Shown piece by piece: positions 10,991-24,493 of a DNA stretch of 64,000 nt. The stretch is from Eledone cirrhosa. Lineage: Eukaryota. The stretch's first letter is position 1, and the number at the start of each line of letters is the position of its first letter. Made by a program: the position numbers and the translations under genes. The notes under the pieces are model-generated. The model saw nothing but the letters and a program-made list of their open reading frames with translations, was not told the origin of the DNA and did not search any database. The stretch covers positions 46,686,001-46,750,000 of the forward strand of contig OZ024742.1 in the NCBI GenBank assembly GCA_964016885.1, in the 5' to 3' direction.

Positions 10991-13900
10991 TGCGCAGTCC
11001 CAGTTCTAGAGGGTTGCCCTGCAACAACTCCAATTTCCGCAGCAGTGGCTCTAGAGTCAATACATACAGAATGGAGGAGAGAGGGCACCCCTGTCGAATG
11101 GAACGCGTGATTGCGAACGGCTCCGATAGGTAGCCGTTCACCTTGACCCTCGAGCAGATGCTGGTGTGCATCGCCTAGATCCCGCCTCTGAAAACGAGAC
11201 CCGAACCAGCCGCCTTGAGACCCGCTTCCAAGTATCGATGGTCGACCCTATCGAATGCCTTAGACTGATCCAAATTGATCAGAGCCCCAACGAAGCCAGC
11301 TTTACTACCCACCCTCTCTATGATGTATCGCATGAGGTGGAGGTTGTCGTGTATGGACCTGGTCGGAATTGCTCACGTTTGCGCTTTCCTTACCAGGTTC
11401 TCGAGGACAAGCGCCAACCTCGTCGCTAGTACCTTGACCAAAATCTTTAACTCTGTGTTGAGCAGAGTTATGGGCCTGAAGTTGTTAATTTCGTCCCCCT
11501 TGTTGTCGTCTTTCCTGATCAGCGTTACTACGCCCTTGCCTGCAGAACTGGGAATTCTCCTGTTCTGCTGCCAATTGCAGTAGACGGCTTCGAGGACGCC
11601 AGAGAACAAGTCCGGCATGCCTACGTAAAACTTATAGGGTAGACCATCTAGACCTGGTGACTTGCGTTCCTCACAGCGGCCCAGAGCGTCCCGTATCTCA
11701 GTATCCGTGATCGGTCTTTTGCAGAACTCGGCGTCCGTGTTCGAGAGACGCGGCAGGTCGTCGAGGTATGAACTAAAGTCCATTACCCGGTTCGGCTCAC
11801 CGTCGTTCTGCTCAAACAGTGGCGCAAAGTGCTGCTGAAAGGCCGCGCACATTTGCTTGGGGTCAAGTAGCACGCGCCCGTTTTTGTCTTTCAAAGACCG
11901 AATCGTGGACTTGTTGCCACTTTTTGCCTCCGCCACTCGGGGCCAGCTGACAGCTTTCGCTCCTTCGTTTCCTAGAGCACCTGTTTTGCTTCTGACCACG
12001 CAGCCTTCGTATTTCGGGTCGAAGAACTGGTCTAATGCCGTTGTCGACGCTAACAGTCTAGCCGCGTTTCCACTTCTAAGTGTCTCCTCTACCTTGGCTA
12101 CTATTTCTCTTTCTATTTTGTTTTTCTCTAAGGCTAACTCTCTGCTAAACTCTATCGATTCTACTCTAATTGCTTTCTTGAGAGAGTACCATCATCTATT
12201 GTTGACGATGGCTCCCGTTAACTGTTGCTTGACTAGTCTACTTATCCGTTCACTGTAAGCTTTACGTGCCGGCAACGACACGTTCAGCTTCCAGTATCCG
12301 GGTCCCTGTCTATGTATTCTATCACGGTTGACTAAGCAGACGACTAATTTGTGATCTGAGTAGGCAACCATGTGCATTCGTGGACAGCTTAACATCTCCT
12401 TGTCCCTTTCTCTAATGAAGAACCTATCTAAATACGATCTAGATGTCCCACTGCGGTTTGCCCACCTTCACTGTGGTGCAGTCGGGAAATCCAGTCGATA
12501 CCTATCGGCCAGTTGGAATTGGCCGATTAAAGTTTTGAGCCTGTTGCACACCCCTCTACTGGGACATGCTCCCACATAGTCCCATCGTGCATCTAGGATA
12601 CCATTCCAGTCCCCCACTAAAAGTAAGGAGCGAGATTTTCCCAGAAAAGACTCTGAACGCTTAAAGAAGTCTGGCCGTGATTGCGATTGCCCGGTCAGGG
12701 CATAAACGGCAACCAGTCTGAAGGCTCCACATACTGTTCACGTCTAGGACTACCAGTCTACCCTCCGGGTCCAAGTGTACTTGCTGTACTCCGACATCCA
12801 GGTTCTTCCGAAACATGACAGCCACTCCCCCTCTACCTCCTGGCTGACAGAGAGATGCGTAGATCTCAAAGTCGTCGAAGATGGGGGTTAGCTGCTGCCT
12901 GTTGTGGATCCTGGACTCGGTGGTGGCTATCACATCCATACCGTGTGACCTAAAGTCGTTTAAAAGTTGGCCCTGTTTGCAGGGCATCCCTAGGCCACGC
13001 ACATTCACGCTTCCAGCTCGTAAACTAGCCATGTTGGTGGAGAAGAGTTGGCGAAAAGGACGAAAAGGTGCATTTACCTTTTCGTTTCCTGGAGATCGGG
13101 TTGTTCAATCTCCATTTCAGTTCTGGTGGGGGTGTTGGGTGGGGTGGAGAAACATTTTACTAAGACGTGGTTAATAGGTTTTTGACAGGGGTTGCCAACA
13201 TCCTGCGAAAACTGTTCTTTCAATTTCTGATAGGTTTCTATCGAAAACCTTATTAGTTTTAGGTGTGGAGACGATTCTGCTTTGACGAAAGTTTTGACCT
13301 CCGTCTCCACCTTGGAGTTTGGGGAGATGACCTCCATCAAACTCTTGTTGTTTGTGTTGATGTATGCGCATTGTTGTTTGTGTTTTTGTTGTGTTGTTTT
13401 AATTTGTTGTTCGTCCGGGAGTTTTCTTTTTATGGTGGGTGGTTGTGTTTGGGGTAGTGTTGGTGATGGTTTTTCTGGTAGGGGGATGTTTGACTGTGGT
13501 GTTGTTTGTGTTGTTGTTTGTGTCTGTGGTTGTGTGTTGGTTTTGGTGATTGGAGTTTTGGGGGTTTTGTGGTGTCTCTTTTTGGCTTTTTAGATTTCCG
13601 AGGCTCTCCTTCTTCTTCACTTAAAGGAGAAGCAGCCTCATCTGTCGGTGAATAATCATCGTCAGGTGTGTGGGGTAGGGGTATGTTGTGTGGTGGTGGT
13701 CTTTTGGTGTGTGTGTTTGTGGTAGTGTTTGATGGAGTGGGATGGAGTGGGGCTGTGTTCTTCAGGGGTGTTGTCTGTGTTTTTTCTGTTGTTGTTGGTT
13801 GAGTGGCTGTTTGTTTGGTGTGTTTGCTCGTTTCGTCTGTTGTTGTACTTCTAGTGGTGGTTGTTTTGGTGTTGGTGTTGGTAATAGTGTTTTTTTAATG

Positions 13901-15050
13901 ATGTTGTGGTGTCTTTGTGAAGGACAGGAGGCCTTTAGCTGTGCTTTGCTACTACAGCGAAAGCAAGGAAGTTTTCGACCCTCCACCGTAATGTTTATTT
14001 TGTTGTTTCGGGTATTTTGGAGATTCTTTCCGGCCTCATTTGAATCAGAATCTCCAAATCAGTACCCACGCACCTTTGTCTAATAGACTTTCGTAATCAA
14101 AAGAATCATATCAGTCTCTGGCTCTACGAAGCCAGCCAAGATCCACCAGATGTTAATGTTGGGTGGTATAATTTTTATTTTTATTTTTTTGTGTCCTTTT
14201 TCCCATGTATGTAGGGAGAAAGGTGAATGCTTTTGACACCATTGGTGTCACAGAATGTTTTTGGGCGACTGCCTCGCTTTTAAACAGTACGGAAACACTT
14301 CCGTACTGTTTTCCTCGTTGGAGAAAGTCAATATTTGCTAGAATCTCCTTGAAGGTGGCTTCTATATCTGCTTGACTAACAAATATCGGTTTTCTCGTTG
14401 TGTTGGAGACAGTCCTAAAGGTCACTGTCCTTTGAACTGTCTCTTCTTTTATTTCGAGGGGTGAGTTAATTCTAAACCCACCCTTGTCTTTGAAAGTTAC
14501 ACATTTTCTCCTTTGCTGGAGCATATCTCTTGCATTGGAGATGTCAAGATTTATAAAATTTTTGTTCACTGTTATGCGAAAGACATTTTTTTGTGTGGTG
14601 TTGTTGTTGTTGTTGTTGTTATCGTTGTTAGCCTCGGTGTTGGAAATCTCAATTCCTTGACGAGGTGAAACTTTATGTGTAGATGTATCTATGGAGTTGT
14701 TGATGTTGTCTTTTTCCTGTGTATGTATGTTAATAGGTTTAATTCCTGTGTCTTCCTGTGTGTGATTTTTCTCCGCTTCGACGGTAGAAATTTTAAAATC
14801 TTCAAGTGGTAATATTTTTTTCTCTTTGTTGACAGTCGTATCTATGGCGACGTCCATAGTAGCAGAAGCAGATATAACGTTAATATCTGCCTCTCTACCT
14901 CTCTTCACTCTCTCAACGTTCTCTAGTGTTCTTTCCGAGCTATTCATGTTTTATAGTTGGCAACATTTGATATTTTAAAACAATTTTTAAATTAAATTTT
15001 CTCCCCTAAAGGGCTGAAAAATGTGTTTACCACCCAGCTGACAATTCAGC
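10991..15050 (-). mobile_element. Tx1/L1-clade non-LTR retrotransposon, family A, decayed and 3'-truncated just before YADD
   Basis: ORF1 pieces 14947->13074 (CFRCSSKAQLKASC knuckle); ORF2 from 13032 MASLRAGSVNVRGL (APE), YSDH, GYWKLN, KSPGLDGL, FRPITLLN, KAFDRVDH, RQGCPLS. Confidence 0.92.
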
Positions 15051-15191
15051 TTAGGGGTTAATCTCCAAAATGATATGTTTTTTGAAACAATTAGTTCGGT
15101 TTTTTGCATATAAATTAACAAAAAAGCTTACCGGTGATGTTTCATGCGTCAGGCAGATAAAGAGATAGATAAATAGATAGATGGATAGAAT

Positions 15192-15225
<34 letters not shown>

Positions 15226-15905
15226 AGGATAAAGAAAGAACACATGAAGCGAAATACGTAAAGATAAGAAAAAAATATGTGAAACAAGAACACCCATGAA
15301 GCAATTAACTGTTTCGATTGTTAAATATTTCCATAGCCTTCATATACTCGAAGATCTTGCTTATGGTTGGTATATCCTTAACAATAGATTTTACTCATTT
15401 TCTAAAGATCAGACTGGAAAAAATGGTGCCACAAGGATATTGTGTAGTCTTCGCCGAAACGTAGAGTTGGTTTTATACGAGAGTTATACAAGGTCATTTT
15501 GAGCAACCTACACAAAACGTCAGCTTGTCCAGAAAGACGAAATTGTATGTGCATTCTCTCTATAGAAATGGAGTTTAGACGTAAATGTTTTAAATATCCT
15601 CTGTAACGATGCGGATGATAGTAGGGAAAGTTATATATTGTTAGCTATAGTAATTCATCTAGACATGAAGTTATTAAATATTAACTACTAGTGAAATATA
15701 TAGTTGTTAATTATAAAATACTTAATTCATACAAAAACTGAAGATCTATTAAAGAGATGTGATTAATCATATTCTTGATTAATGTAGTAACCAGTAAGTA
15801 AAATTGTATGTGTTTTTACCTGAGGGCACACGTGTATATATATATGTATAGTAATAATAAATGTGAAGACTATTTTAAAATACATATAATATATATGTAT
15901 GTATG

Positions 15906-15940
<35 letters not shown>

Positions 15941-16056
15941 TCAAGGTTTAGCAAATAAGAAAAAGTTTCAAAATAAATTTAAAAAAATTAACTTTACTTA
16001 CTATGGTTACCTTTACCGAATCGGTTTCGAGTCTCAAAAATAAACGGAGTCCATAC

Positions 16057-16109
<53 letters not shown>

Positions 16110-16782
16110 CATATATATTATATGAATTTTAAAATAATCTTTATATTTATTATTATTACTATACATATAGTTGAGAACTTAATTCGTTTTGTGATATTTT
16201 GCAATTTTGCAATAATATACACATACTGAATTCATCCACCAAAAATAAGGGTTGCCTCCCTTGTCGAGCCCCACGTGGGTATTGGTAACGGTCAATCCTT
16301 GGCCTGGCACTTGAACTCAAAGCCTGTTGAGAAAGTGACTTCCTTGTTCAATCATTTTACCAGAAGCTTAACATTATTTGTCTAAGCGTACTTGATTTAG
16401 GAGTCGCAGAAACTCAAATGCTGGATTTTCACCAACCATCCAGGGGTCCGGGTACATTTTTCAATCATATTTTTTTTATTTGTTTGACCCGAATTACTTG
16501 GTCGTTTCTATGGCTGTGCGGATAATGGTTTAACCATCGTCTCAGTGTGTTTGGCCTTTTAACGTATGTTGTAGCTCTGGTTCGTTTGAATCTATTGAGC
16601 GCTTGCCACACATCTCGGAAGTTGTTTTTCGCTAATTTCCAAAGCCGAAAAACGATTCTCACAAATTTATATTTGCATATATATATATATGTATATATAT
16701 ATAGGAAAATTTTCAAGACCCCGACGGCAGAGCTATATATATTCACACATGAATATATACCAATCCTTGAAAATCCATAGCC

Positions 16783-16826
<44 letters not shown>

Positions 16827-16918
16827 CACTCACAGACACACACACACAGGCACAGACCCCCCCACACACACACTCATTCACTCACACACATACACATACA
16901 CACACACATACACACAAC

Positions 16919-16989
<71 letters not shown>

Positions 16990-17114
16990 CATACCGACAC
17001 ATAAAAAGATTTTATTTTGTGCACAAGTACTTATAAGATGAAGTAGAAAAAAATTACAAAAACGATCAGAACATTTTTTAAATAGCTGTATTATTCTTGA
17101 AAATCGACTACATG

Positions 17115-17221
<107 letters not shown>

Positions 17222-17264
17222 GTATGTATATATATATATGTATATATATATATGTATATATATT

Positions 17265-17875
17265 AATGGAAAAAATGAAACGAAATTTCATTTCTCACTC
17301 TTAGTACGGCTGTTACTTAAATAAAGTATGTATACGTACATACATATATGTATACAGACGTACAGTAGTATGTATATATATACATACATGCACACATGTA
17401 TATATGTACGTATGGATTTACCGAACATTTATTATAATGCTCTGTTTGTTTGTAAACAAACAGCCCGAATTAAGCCGTACAGTGTTTAGCTACCATCGTT
17501 GTACTTTTGTTCAACACTGACAAAGGAATGATGTACTAGTTTCAAGCTTATTAGCTATCGTCAGCACCGTATACCTTCCTGCCAGATGATTGAACGTCTG
17601 AAAGTATATACTTTCCTTATGCATATTAACGGCTGAGCAGCCTAATTTGCATATCGAGTGAATTAATCGGCCGGGCGCACCGAAAACGATAAATGGAAAA
17701 AATGAAACGAAATTTCATTTCTCACTCCTAGTACGGCTGTTACTTAAATATAAGTATGTACACGTACATACATATATGTATACAGACGTACAGTAGTATG
17801 TACATATATACATACATCACATATATATATATATATATGTACGTATGGATTTACCGAACATTTATTATAATGCTC
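17265..17875 (-). mobile_element. Non-coding ~427 bp tandem unit with HHR; other pieces at 9942-10080, 18530-18725, 46920-47140
   Basis: aatggaaaaaatgaaacgaaatttc repeats at 17265 and 17692. Confidence 0.8.
17530..17568 (-). ncRNA. Minimal type I hammerhead ribozyme
   Basis: Reverse complement GGTG-CTGACGA-T-AGCT-AATA-AGCT-T-GAAA-CTAG-TA-CATC; stem III palindrome ACTAGT, GTA triplet. Confidence 0.85.
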
Positions 17876-18201
17876 CTTATATGTATTGGTCAGTCAATGG
17901 TAAACACTGAGGACCGAGTAAATTAACTGATATAAAAGATACAGAAGCGAAAACCAACCAAACAGTGAGTGTGTTCTGTTATTAATTCTGGCAATATTAT
18001 TACAACACTATGACCCTCTCCAAGTATAACAATATATATATATATATAATATATATCTACAAACCACTCTCTCCTATTTCTCCAACCCCTGCATATCTTT
18101 CTTTCTCTCTCCCTCCCCCCTACTTTTCTCTCTTCCTTTTCTACTCTATCTTCTCCAATAACCTCACTTAAGGGTATTTACATTGTATATTTTAACCATT
18201 C

Positions 18202-18313
18202 TGCTCTGATGAAATAGTGGTCACAGCATTTGATATATGAGTTCTGCAAATAATTGAAAATTTGCACATAGCATAACTAGGCTGTATTACCACCGTGGAA
18301 ACATTTGTAAGCA
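18202..18313 (+). ncRNA. Hammerhead ribozyme with long stem II in a PLE-like 3' end
   Basis: TGCT-CTGATGA-(AATAGTGGT..ACCACCGT)-G-GAAA-CATTTG-TA-AGCA; preceded by a CT-rich tract, followed by AATAAA. Confidence 0.75.
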
Positions 18314-18766
18314 CACGGAATAAATTACCTTTTTTATGAAGTCTACCTGTTATTATTCATTCTTTATCTACACTCAGGAATACAGAAGGATCAGGAACTA
18401 AGTTTCTTCAACAATTCTTCCATAACTCGTTGAGTAACCTCTCACCGTACGGCAACCATATCCAGTGTAGTAATCAACCATTACTACATCTAGGATAATC
18501 CTATACCTAATATATATAATATAGATAGATATAAGTATGTATACGTACATATATATATATATGTATACAGACGTACAGTAGTATGCATATATATACATAC
18601 ATGCACATATATATATATATATATATATATGTACCTATGCGTTTACCGAACATTTATTATAATGTTCGGTTTGTTTGTAAACAAACAGCCCGAATTATGC
18701 CGTACAGTGTTCGGTAGCCATCGTCGCCTTTTTTTAATTTTTTTAATATATATATAAATATATGTG

Positions 18767-19041
<275 letters not shown>

Positions 19042-19555
19042 CACAATACATTGAGTTCAGATGCATCACTGATTTTTCGTTTTATATTATATATATATGT
19101 ACACATACATATATCTAAATACATATATTTAAATACATATACATGCATACGCACACATATAACAGACACAAGACGCACAAGCACACACACACTCACATAC
19201 GTGTGAAATATTATTGGTTGTAGTACTGTATACTTCGGAAAGTAGAATAAAAATATGATGATTTTACTCCCTCACAGTTGATCCTTTTACCGTTTTGCCA
19301 GTAGTTGAAAAATAATACATATTATTTTCCTCGAGCAACATGTCACAATAATAGCTTGGCAGAAGTTTTAGAAATGTTTCCAATGTTTCCAATCAATCAG
19401 ATTTTCACCATTCTATCTACAGACCTAAACTCTTCTAAAATATGGTAATTGATAAGCCCCTCTATTCATTTTGTCCGTCTCTAGATTCCTTTTATACGTA
19501 TTTCTCCACTATTATTTATATACTGATCGTCTATTATTATAGGCATTTTATATTT

Positions 19556-19600
<45 letters not shown>

Positions 19601-20482
19601 ATAATAATAAATTTGAAGACTAAAATGCAAAGAGGGCTCGATAAGGGTAAATATATATCAGATATATAAGAACCTTAGAGCAAATATTTATTAAAATAAC
19701 AGATTAAAATTTAAGCAAAGAATCGCTGCTTTCACCCTTAACGGGATCTTCTGAAACTAAAAAAGCCATATATATATATATAGTATGCATCTGCCTAAAC
19801 TGTTGGTCTATAATTTGATTTATTAAATTTTATATCAGATATAAGCGAAGTTAAAAAGAATCACACATCCACGCAAACACAGACTCATACAAACACACAT
19901 GCACACACGGAATGATGTATGTCAACTTCAACTCAGCATTTACCAAACAAAAGCCTTTTTCCAATACACCTCATATTGACATGACGACAAAACATGTTTC
20001 TACATTTATTTTAAGTTTTGTGGTTTTATTTTCAATATCAATGAAATTTCAGATATTGGAATTTCAGATTTTGTTTTTTAGATTTTGTTTTCTATTATTA
20101 CATATATCATTGAAATATATGGAGAAATACATCCCCGAAAACAATGTAGATGGGAGAGAGGGGAAGAGAAAAAGAACAAATGATAGAAGTGAAAAGAAGA
20201 AGCAAGGTGGAATGATATACAGAGAAAATATAAGAGTTCCAGCTTATGAAAACAGAGCGTTCAAACAGAGGAAAATTATATTGGAAATATTTTGTAAAAA
20301 CAATGCTGCCATGAAACACAAAAACAAAAGACACGCTTACAGTGAGAGTATACGAAATGCAGATGTGTATTGTACCAGAAATCATAATATAGATCGAAAA
20401 TGTTTGTAAAATACTGCCATGAAGAAGTGGTGTTCAGAAATACATCGAAAGAGAGAGAGATAGATAGAGAGAGGGGGGGGGT

Positions 20483-20523
<41 letters not shown>

Positions 20524-20736
20524 TGAGAGAGAGAGAGAGGAGAAAGAGAGAGAGAGAGAAAAGTATAGATAGATAGAAGAGATGGAAATAAAATAAATAA
20601 ACTGAAAAATGAAGATAAAAACGAGAATTTGAAGCTTATTTTGTGTCTTGTAAGACGTTTGAATGAGTCTCTAAGATAACCTTAGTAGTCTTGAGTAGGG
20701 CCTAGAATATCAACATATCTATTATCATCATTATTA

Positions 20737-21815
20737 AGGGCGATGGATTGGCAGTATCGGTAGAGGATCGGACGCCATGCTTTGCAACATAGAGTTACGG
20801 CTCTTTATTATCTGAGCTCAAATCCCGCCGAGTTTAACTTTGCCTTTCATCCTTATGGGGTCGATAAAATAAAGTACCAGTCACGCACTGGGGTCGATTT
20901 AATCGACTTTCCCCTCCCCCAAATTACTGGCCTTGTGCCTATATAACAAACCATGGCAGTATCGGTAGAGGGTCGGACGCCATGATTTGACGTATAGAGT
21001 TACGGCCCTTGCCATTCTGAGATCAAATCCCTCCGAGGTTAATTTTGCCTTTTATCCTTACTGGGTCGATAAAATAAAGTACCAGTAATGCCATGGGTAT
21101 TTGCTGGCCTTGTGCCAAACGTAGGAACAATTATTATATGCACTTGAAGGCTGGTGGATTGGCAGTATCGGTAGAGGGTCGGACGCCATGCTTAGCAGCA
21201 CAGACATACATCCCTTTATGATTTGAGTTCAAATCCCGCTAAGGTAAGCTTTGCCTTTCACCCTTACGGCGCCGATAAAATAAAGTAACAGTCACGCACT
21301 AGGGTCGATTTAATCGACCCCCTCCTCCATTTCTGGCTTTGTGCCTATATAAGAAACCATTATTATATCTACATGAAATGTATATGAAATGATGATTGAT
21401 TGGCAGCATCAGTAGAAGGTCGGACGCCATGCTTGTCAGGATAAAGTTACGGTCCTTTACGGTCTTAGTTCAAATCCCGCCGAGGTTAACTTTGCTTTTC
21501 ATCCTTACGGGGTCGATAAAATAAAGCACCAGTAATGTACTGGAGTAATTGCTGGCCTTGTGCCAAAAGTAGAAAATATCATATGCACATATTTAGGGTG
21601 TTGGATTGGCAGTATCGATAGAGCTTCGGACACCATACTTCGCAGAATAGACTTAAACCCCTTTACTATCTGAGTTCAAATCCTGCCGATGTTAGCTTTG
21701 CCTTTCATCCTGTCGGGGTCGATAAAATAAAGCACCCGTAATGCACTGGGGTCGATTAATCGACTTTCCCCTCCCCAAAAATTGTTGAACTTGTGCCTAT
21801 TGTAGGTATCATTAT
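20737..21815 (+). mobile_element. Head-to-tail array of five tRNA-derived SINEs
   Basis: Units near 20737, 20954, 21147, 21395, 21595: TGGCAGTATCGG (A box)..GAGTTCAAATCC (B box)..ttgcctttcatccttacggggtcgataaaataaagtaccag. Confidence 0.9.
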
Positions 21816-22084
21816 CATATGTACCTATGCATGTGTATATATACATTCTTGTTTATATATATGCACAAAACTATAAGGCCCCTCTCACACATATTCATAT
21901 ATAGCACCAGCCCCATATGAATACGCGTTAAGTGTGATTACGAATAAAATATCCTGAACAGAAATTTCGATAAACAATTTGCATATTACTCCAATAACAA
22001 ACAGATGTAGGTCTTAATCTTTTAACACTAAATATCCAATTCATATGAAAGTACCGAATGCTGCAATAGGTACAATGCGTAGTA

Positions 22085-22122
<38 letters not shown>

Positions 22123-22214
22123 CCAAATGTTAAACAAGGTTCATTGATTATTCAATGAATACAGTTTTACAATAGATTAAAAGCACTCAACAACGATATT
22201 TTCTGAAGTTTTTA

Positions 22215-22550
22215 ATATTATTCAAAATATTAATAAATTTATACATTCATATAATCAAAATATATGTTTTATTATATATATTTCGGAGGTACTGTACTGT
22301 TTTTTCAGTACGTCCTCATCAGATAAAATACATAAATTGATGCCTGACATACCTCAACTGTGCTGATGGTTCAACTGCCAAGACTGGAATTGAACCATCA
22401 GCACAGTTGAGGTATGTCATGCATCAATTTATGTATTTTATATGATGAGGACGTACTGAAAAAACAGCTCAGTACCTCCGAAATATATATAATAAAACAT
22501 ATATTTTGATTATGTGAATGCATCCATTTATTAATATTTTGAATAATATA
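22215..22550. mobile_element. Fold-back element with an HHR in each arm (22267-22328 -, intact; 22436-22497 +, C3->A)
   Basis: Arms ~22215-22374 and 22390-22550; TTTTAT-CTGATGA-GGA..TCC-GAAA-TATATA-TA-ATAAAA. Confidence 0.88.
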
Positions 22551-22569
22551 TATATTATATATATATATA

Positions 22570-23636
22570 TATAATTGAATAAACAAGAGAGATGAACACT
22601 AATATAAACATACATGAGTTAGAATCGTAAGGACTAAAATATGCTAGGGTGAAAAAATACTAACTACAGCAATATAGTTTGTTATCCTTAACTTTAAATA
22701 TTAAATTAAGAAAAATTAAGAAAAATAACAGACCTATATTGGGCAAAAATACATGGTAACAACTAGACAGTGTTGGAGACTGTTTCGCAACGACTTATTA
22801 AGTGTAGTTCTCACGTTTCTTTGCTCCTCAGTAGTTGTTGAGAAATTAGTGATCCTTTCACTTCTAAAAAAGCTTTTCCGAGCCGTACAATATAATTGAA
22901 TAAACAAGACAGATGAACACTAATATAAACATACATGTGTTCGAATCGTAAGGACTAAAATTTACCCTAGCAAATTTTAGTCCTTACGATTCGAACACAT
23001 GTATGTTTATATTAGTGTTCATCTCCCTTGTTTATTCAATTATATTGTACGGCTCGGAAAAGCTTTTTTCTTAGAGCTATTTAACTGTAAGGGACTACCC
23101 TGAGTTCTTAACTCAATATATATTTGTCGGCTCCATCATGTAGAGCTAATTTTTATTGTCCTGTCAGACTGGCTGCTATTTTTAGGGGCAGGGAATTTCG
23201 AGACAAGCTGGGTTCTGAATGACACGTGCGATAATTCATATCGTACATAATTCATTCTCTAATATTTTTAGAAGTGAAAGGATCACTAATTTCTCAACAA
23301 CTACTGAGGAGCAGAGAAACGTGAGAACTACACTTAATAAATCGTTGCGAAACAGTCTTCAACACTGTCTAGTTGTCACCAGGTATTTTTGCCCAATATA
23401 GGTCTGTTATTTTTCTTAATTTTTCTTAATTTAATATTTTAAGTTAAGGATAATAAACTATATTGCTGTAGTTAGTATTTTTTCACCCTAGCAAATTTTA
23501 GTCCTTACGATTCGAACACATGTTTATATTAGTGTTCATCTCTCTTGTTTATTCAATTATATTGTACGGCTCGGAAAAAGCTTTTTTCTTAGAGCTATTT
23601 AATTGTAAGGGACTACCCTGAGTTCGTAACTCAATA
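22570..23636 (+). mobile_element. Non-coding ~518 bp tandem/inverted HHR element (retrozyme/pLTR-like)
   Basis: gggactaccc at 23091 and 23609; 22570-22868 is inverted relative to ~23267-23560; flanked by TA. Confidence 0.85.
23298..23375 (+). ncRNA. Canonical type I hammerhead ribozyme (mirror copy 22760-22837, - strand)
   Basis: CAACTA-CTGAGGA-GCA..TGC-GAAA-CAGT-cttcaac-ACTG-TC-TAGTTG; GTC triplet. Confidence 0.9.
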
Positions 23637-24234
23637 TATATATATATATATATAAACCGATATCAACAACACATCTTTGACAAATGTCCCCAAACTATCC
23701 TTCTTTTCTCTTTTTCCTGTTATCCCATTCTTATCAAAAGACATGTATCTTACATCTCATTAAAACCCAGACAAACATGTAAATTCATCTTTTATATAGA
23801 AATTTATAGAGTTGATTCAGCTATGCCATTATATACTCACCAAAGGTCAGCTAATGGAATAAAACCAGCAGGAGAGTATATTTACGACCACCTTCTTACA
23901 ACCTCCCCATTTTCTGAGTGTATATATATATACATATATATGTGTGTATGTGTATGGGTGTGTATGTACGTGTGTGTATGTGTATGTATATATGCCTTAA
24001 TTCCTCTGGACCTTAATCATTATCAAAACTCATTAACACCACACCCCACACCCCAGACACATATAAATCTCTCTTATATATAGTCACACATTTCAACACA
24101 ACCTGATCTCAGTTTGACAATCGCCACAGACAGACGAATGCGAGAAAAGTCTCCAACCCAAGTTAACCAGGAATCTCTAAAATTCTTCCCACCGAAGTTA
24201 ACAAAGAACTTACTGGATCTACCAACTCTACAAC

Positions 24235-24350
24235 CCTTGCCATTCTGAGTTCAAATCCCGCCAAGGTTAACTTGGCCTTTCATCCTTACGGGGTGGATAA
24301 AATAAAGTACCAGTAATGTACTGGGTAATTGCTGACCTTGTAGAAACAAT
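24235..24350 (+). mobile_element. SINE 3' half
   Basis: ctgagttcaaatcccgcc..cctttcatccttacgggg..aaaataaagtaccag. Confidence 0.85.
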
Positions 24351-24419
24351 TACAAAATTAAATCCAAAAAATGTTGTTAACACAAGTAACGTCATTCTTT
24401 TCCTTTTTTTCAAATATAA

Positions 24420-24487
<68 letters not shown>

Positions 24488-24493
<6 letters not shown>

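Noticed and set aside
15051-15060. Telomere-like TTAGGGG near the Tx1 5' end
   Set aside because: Single unit, no array.
16240-16660. Complex-looking segment as a possible exon or TE fragment
   Set aside because: No recognisable protein motif or clean splice frame by eye.
19720-19757. HHR-like motif (- strand CAGAAGA-T-CCC..GGG-T-GAAAGC); similar weak motifs at ~16008-16035, 17902-17977, 31453-31495
   Set aside because: Core mutated or incomplete and stems I/III not closable; possible relics only.
20737-21815. CRISPR-like repeat array
   Set aside because: Units are ~200 bp SINEs with Pol III boxes, not short repeats with unique spacers.
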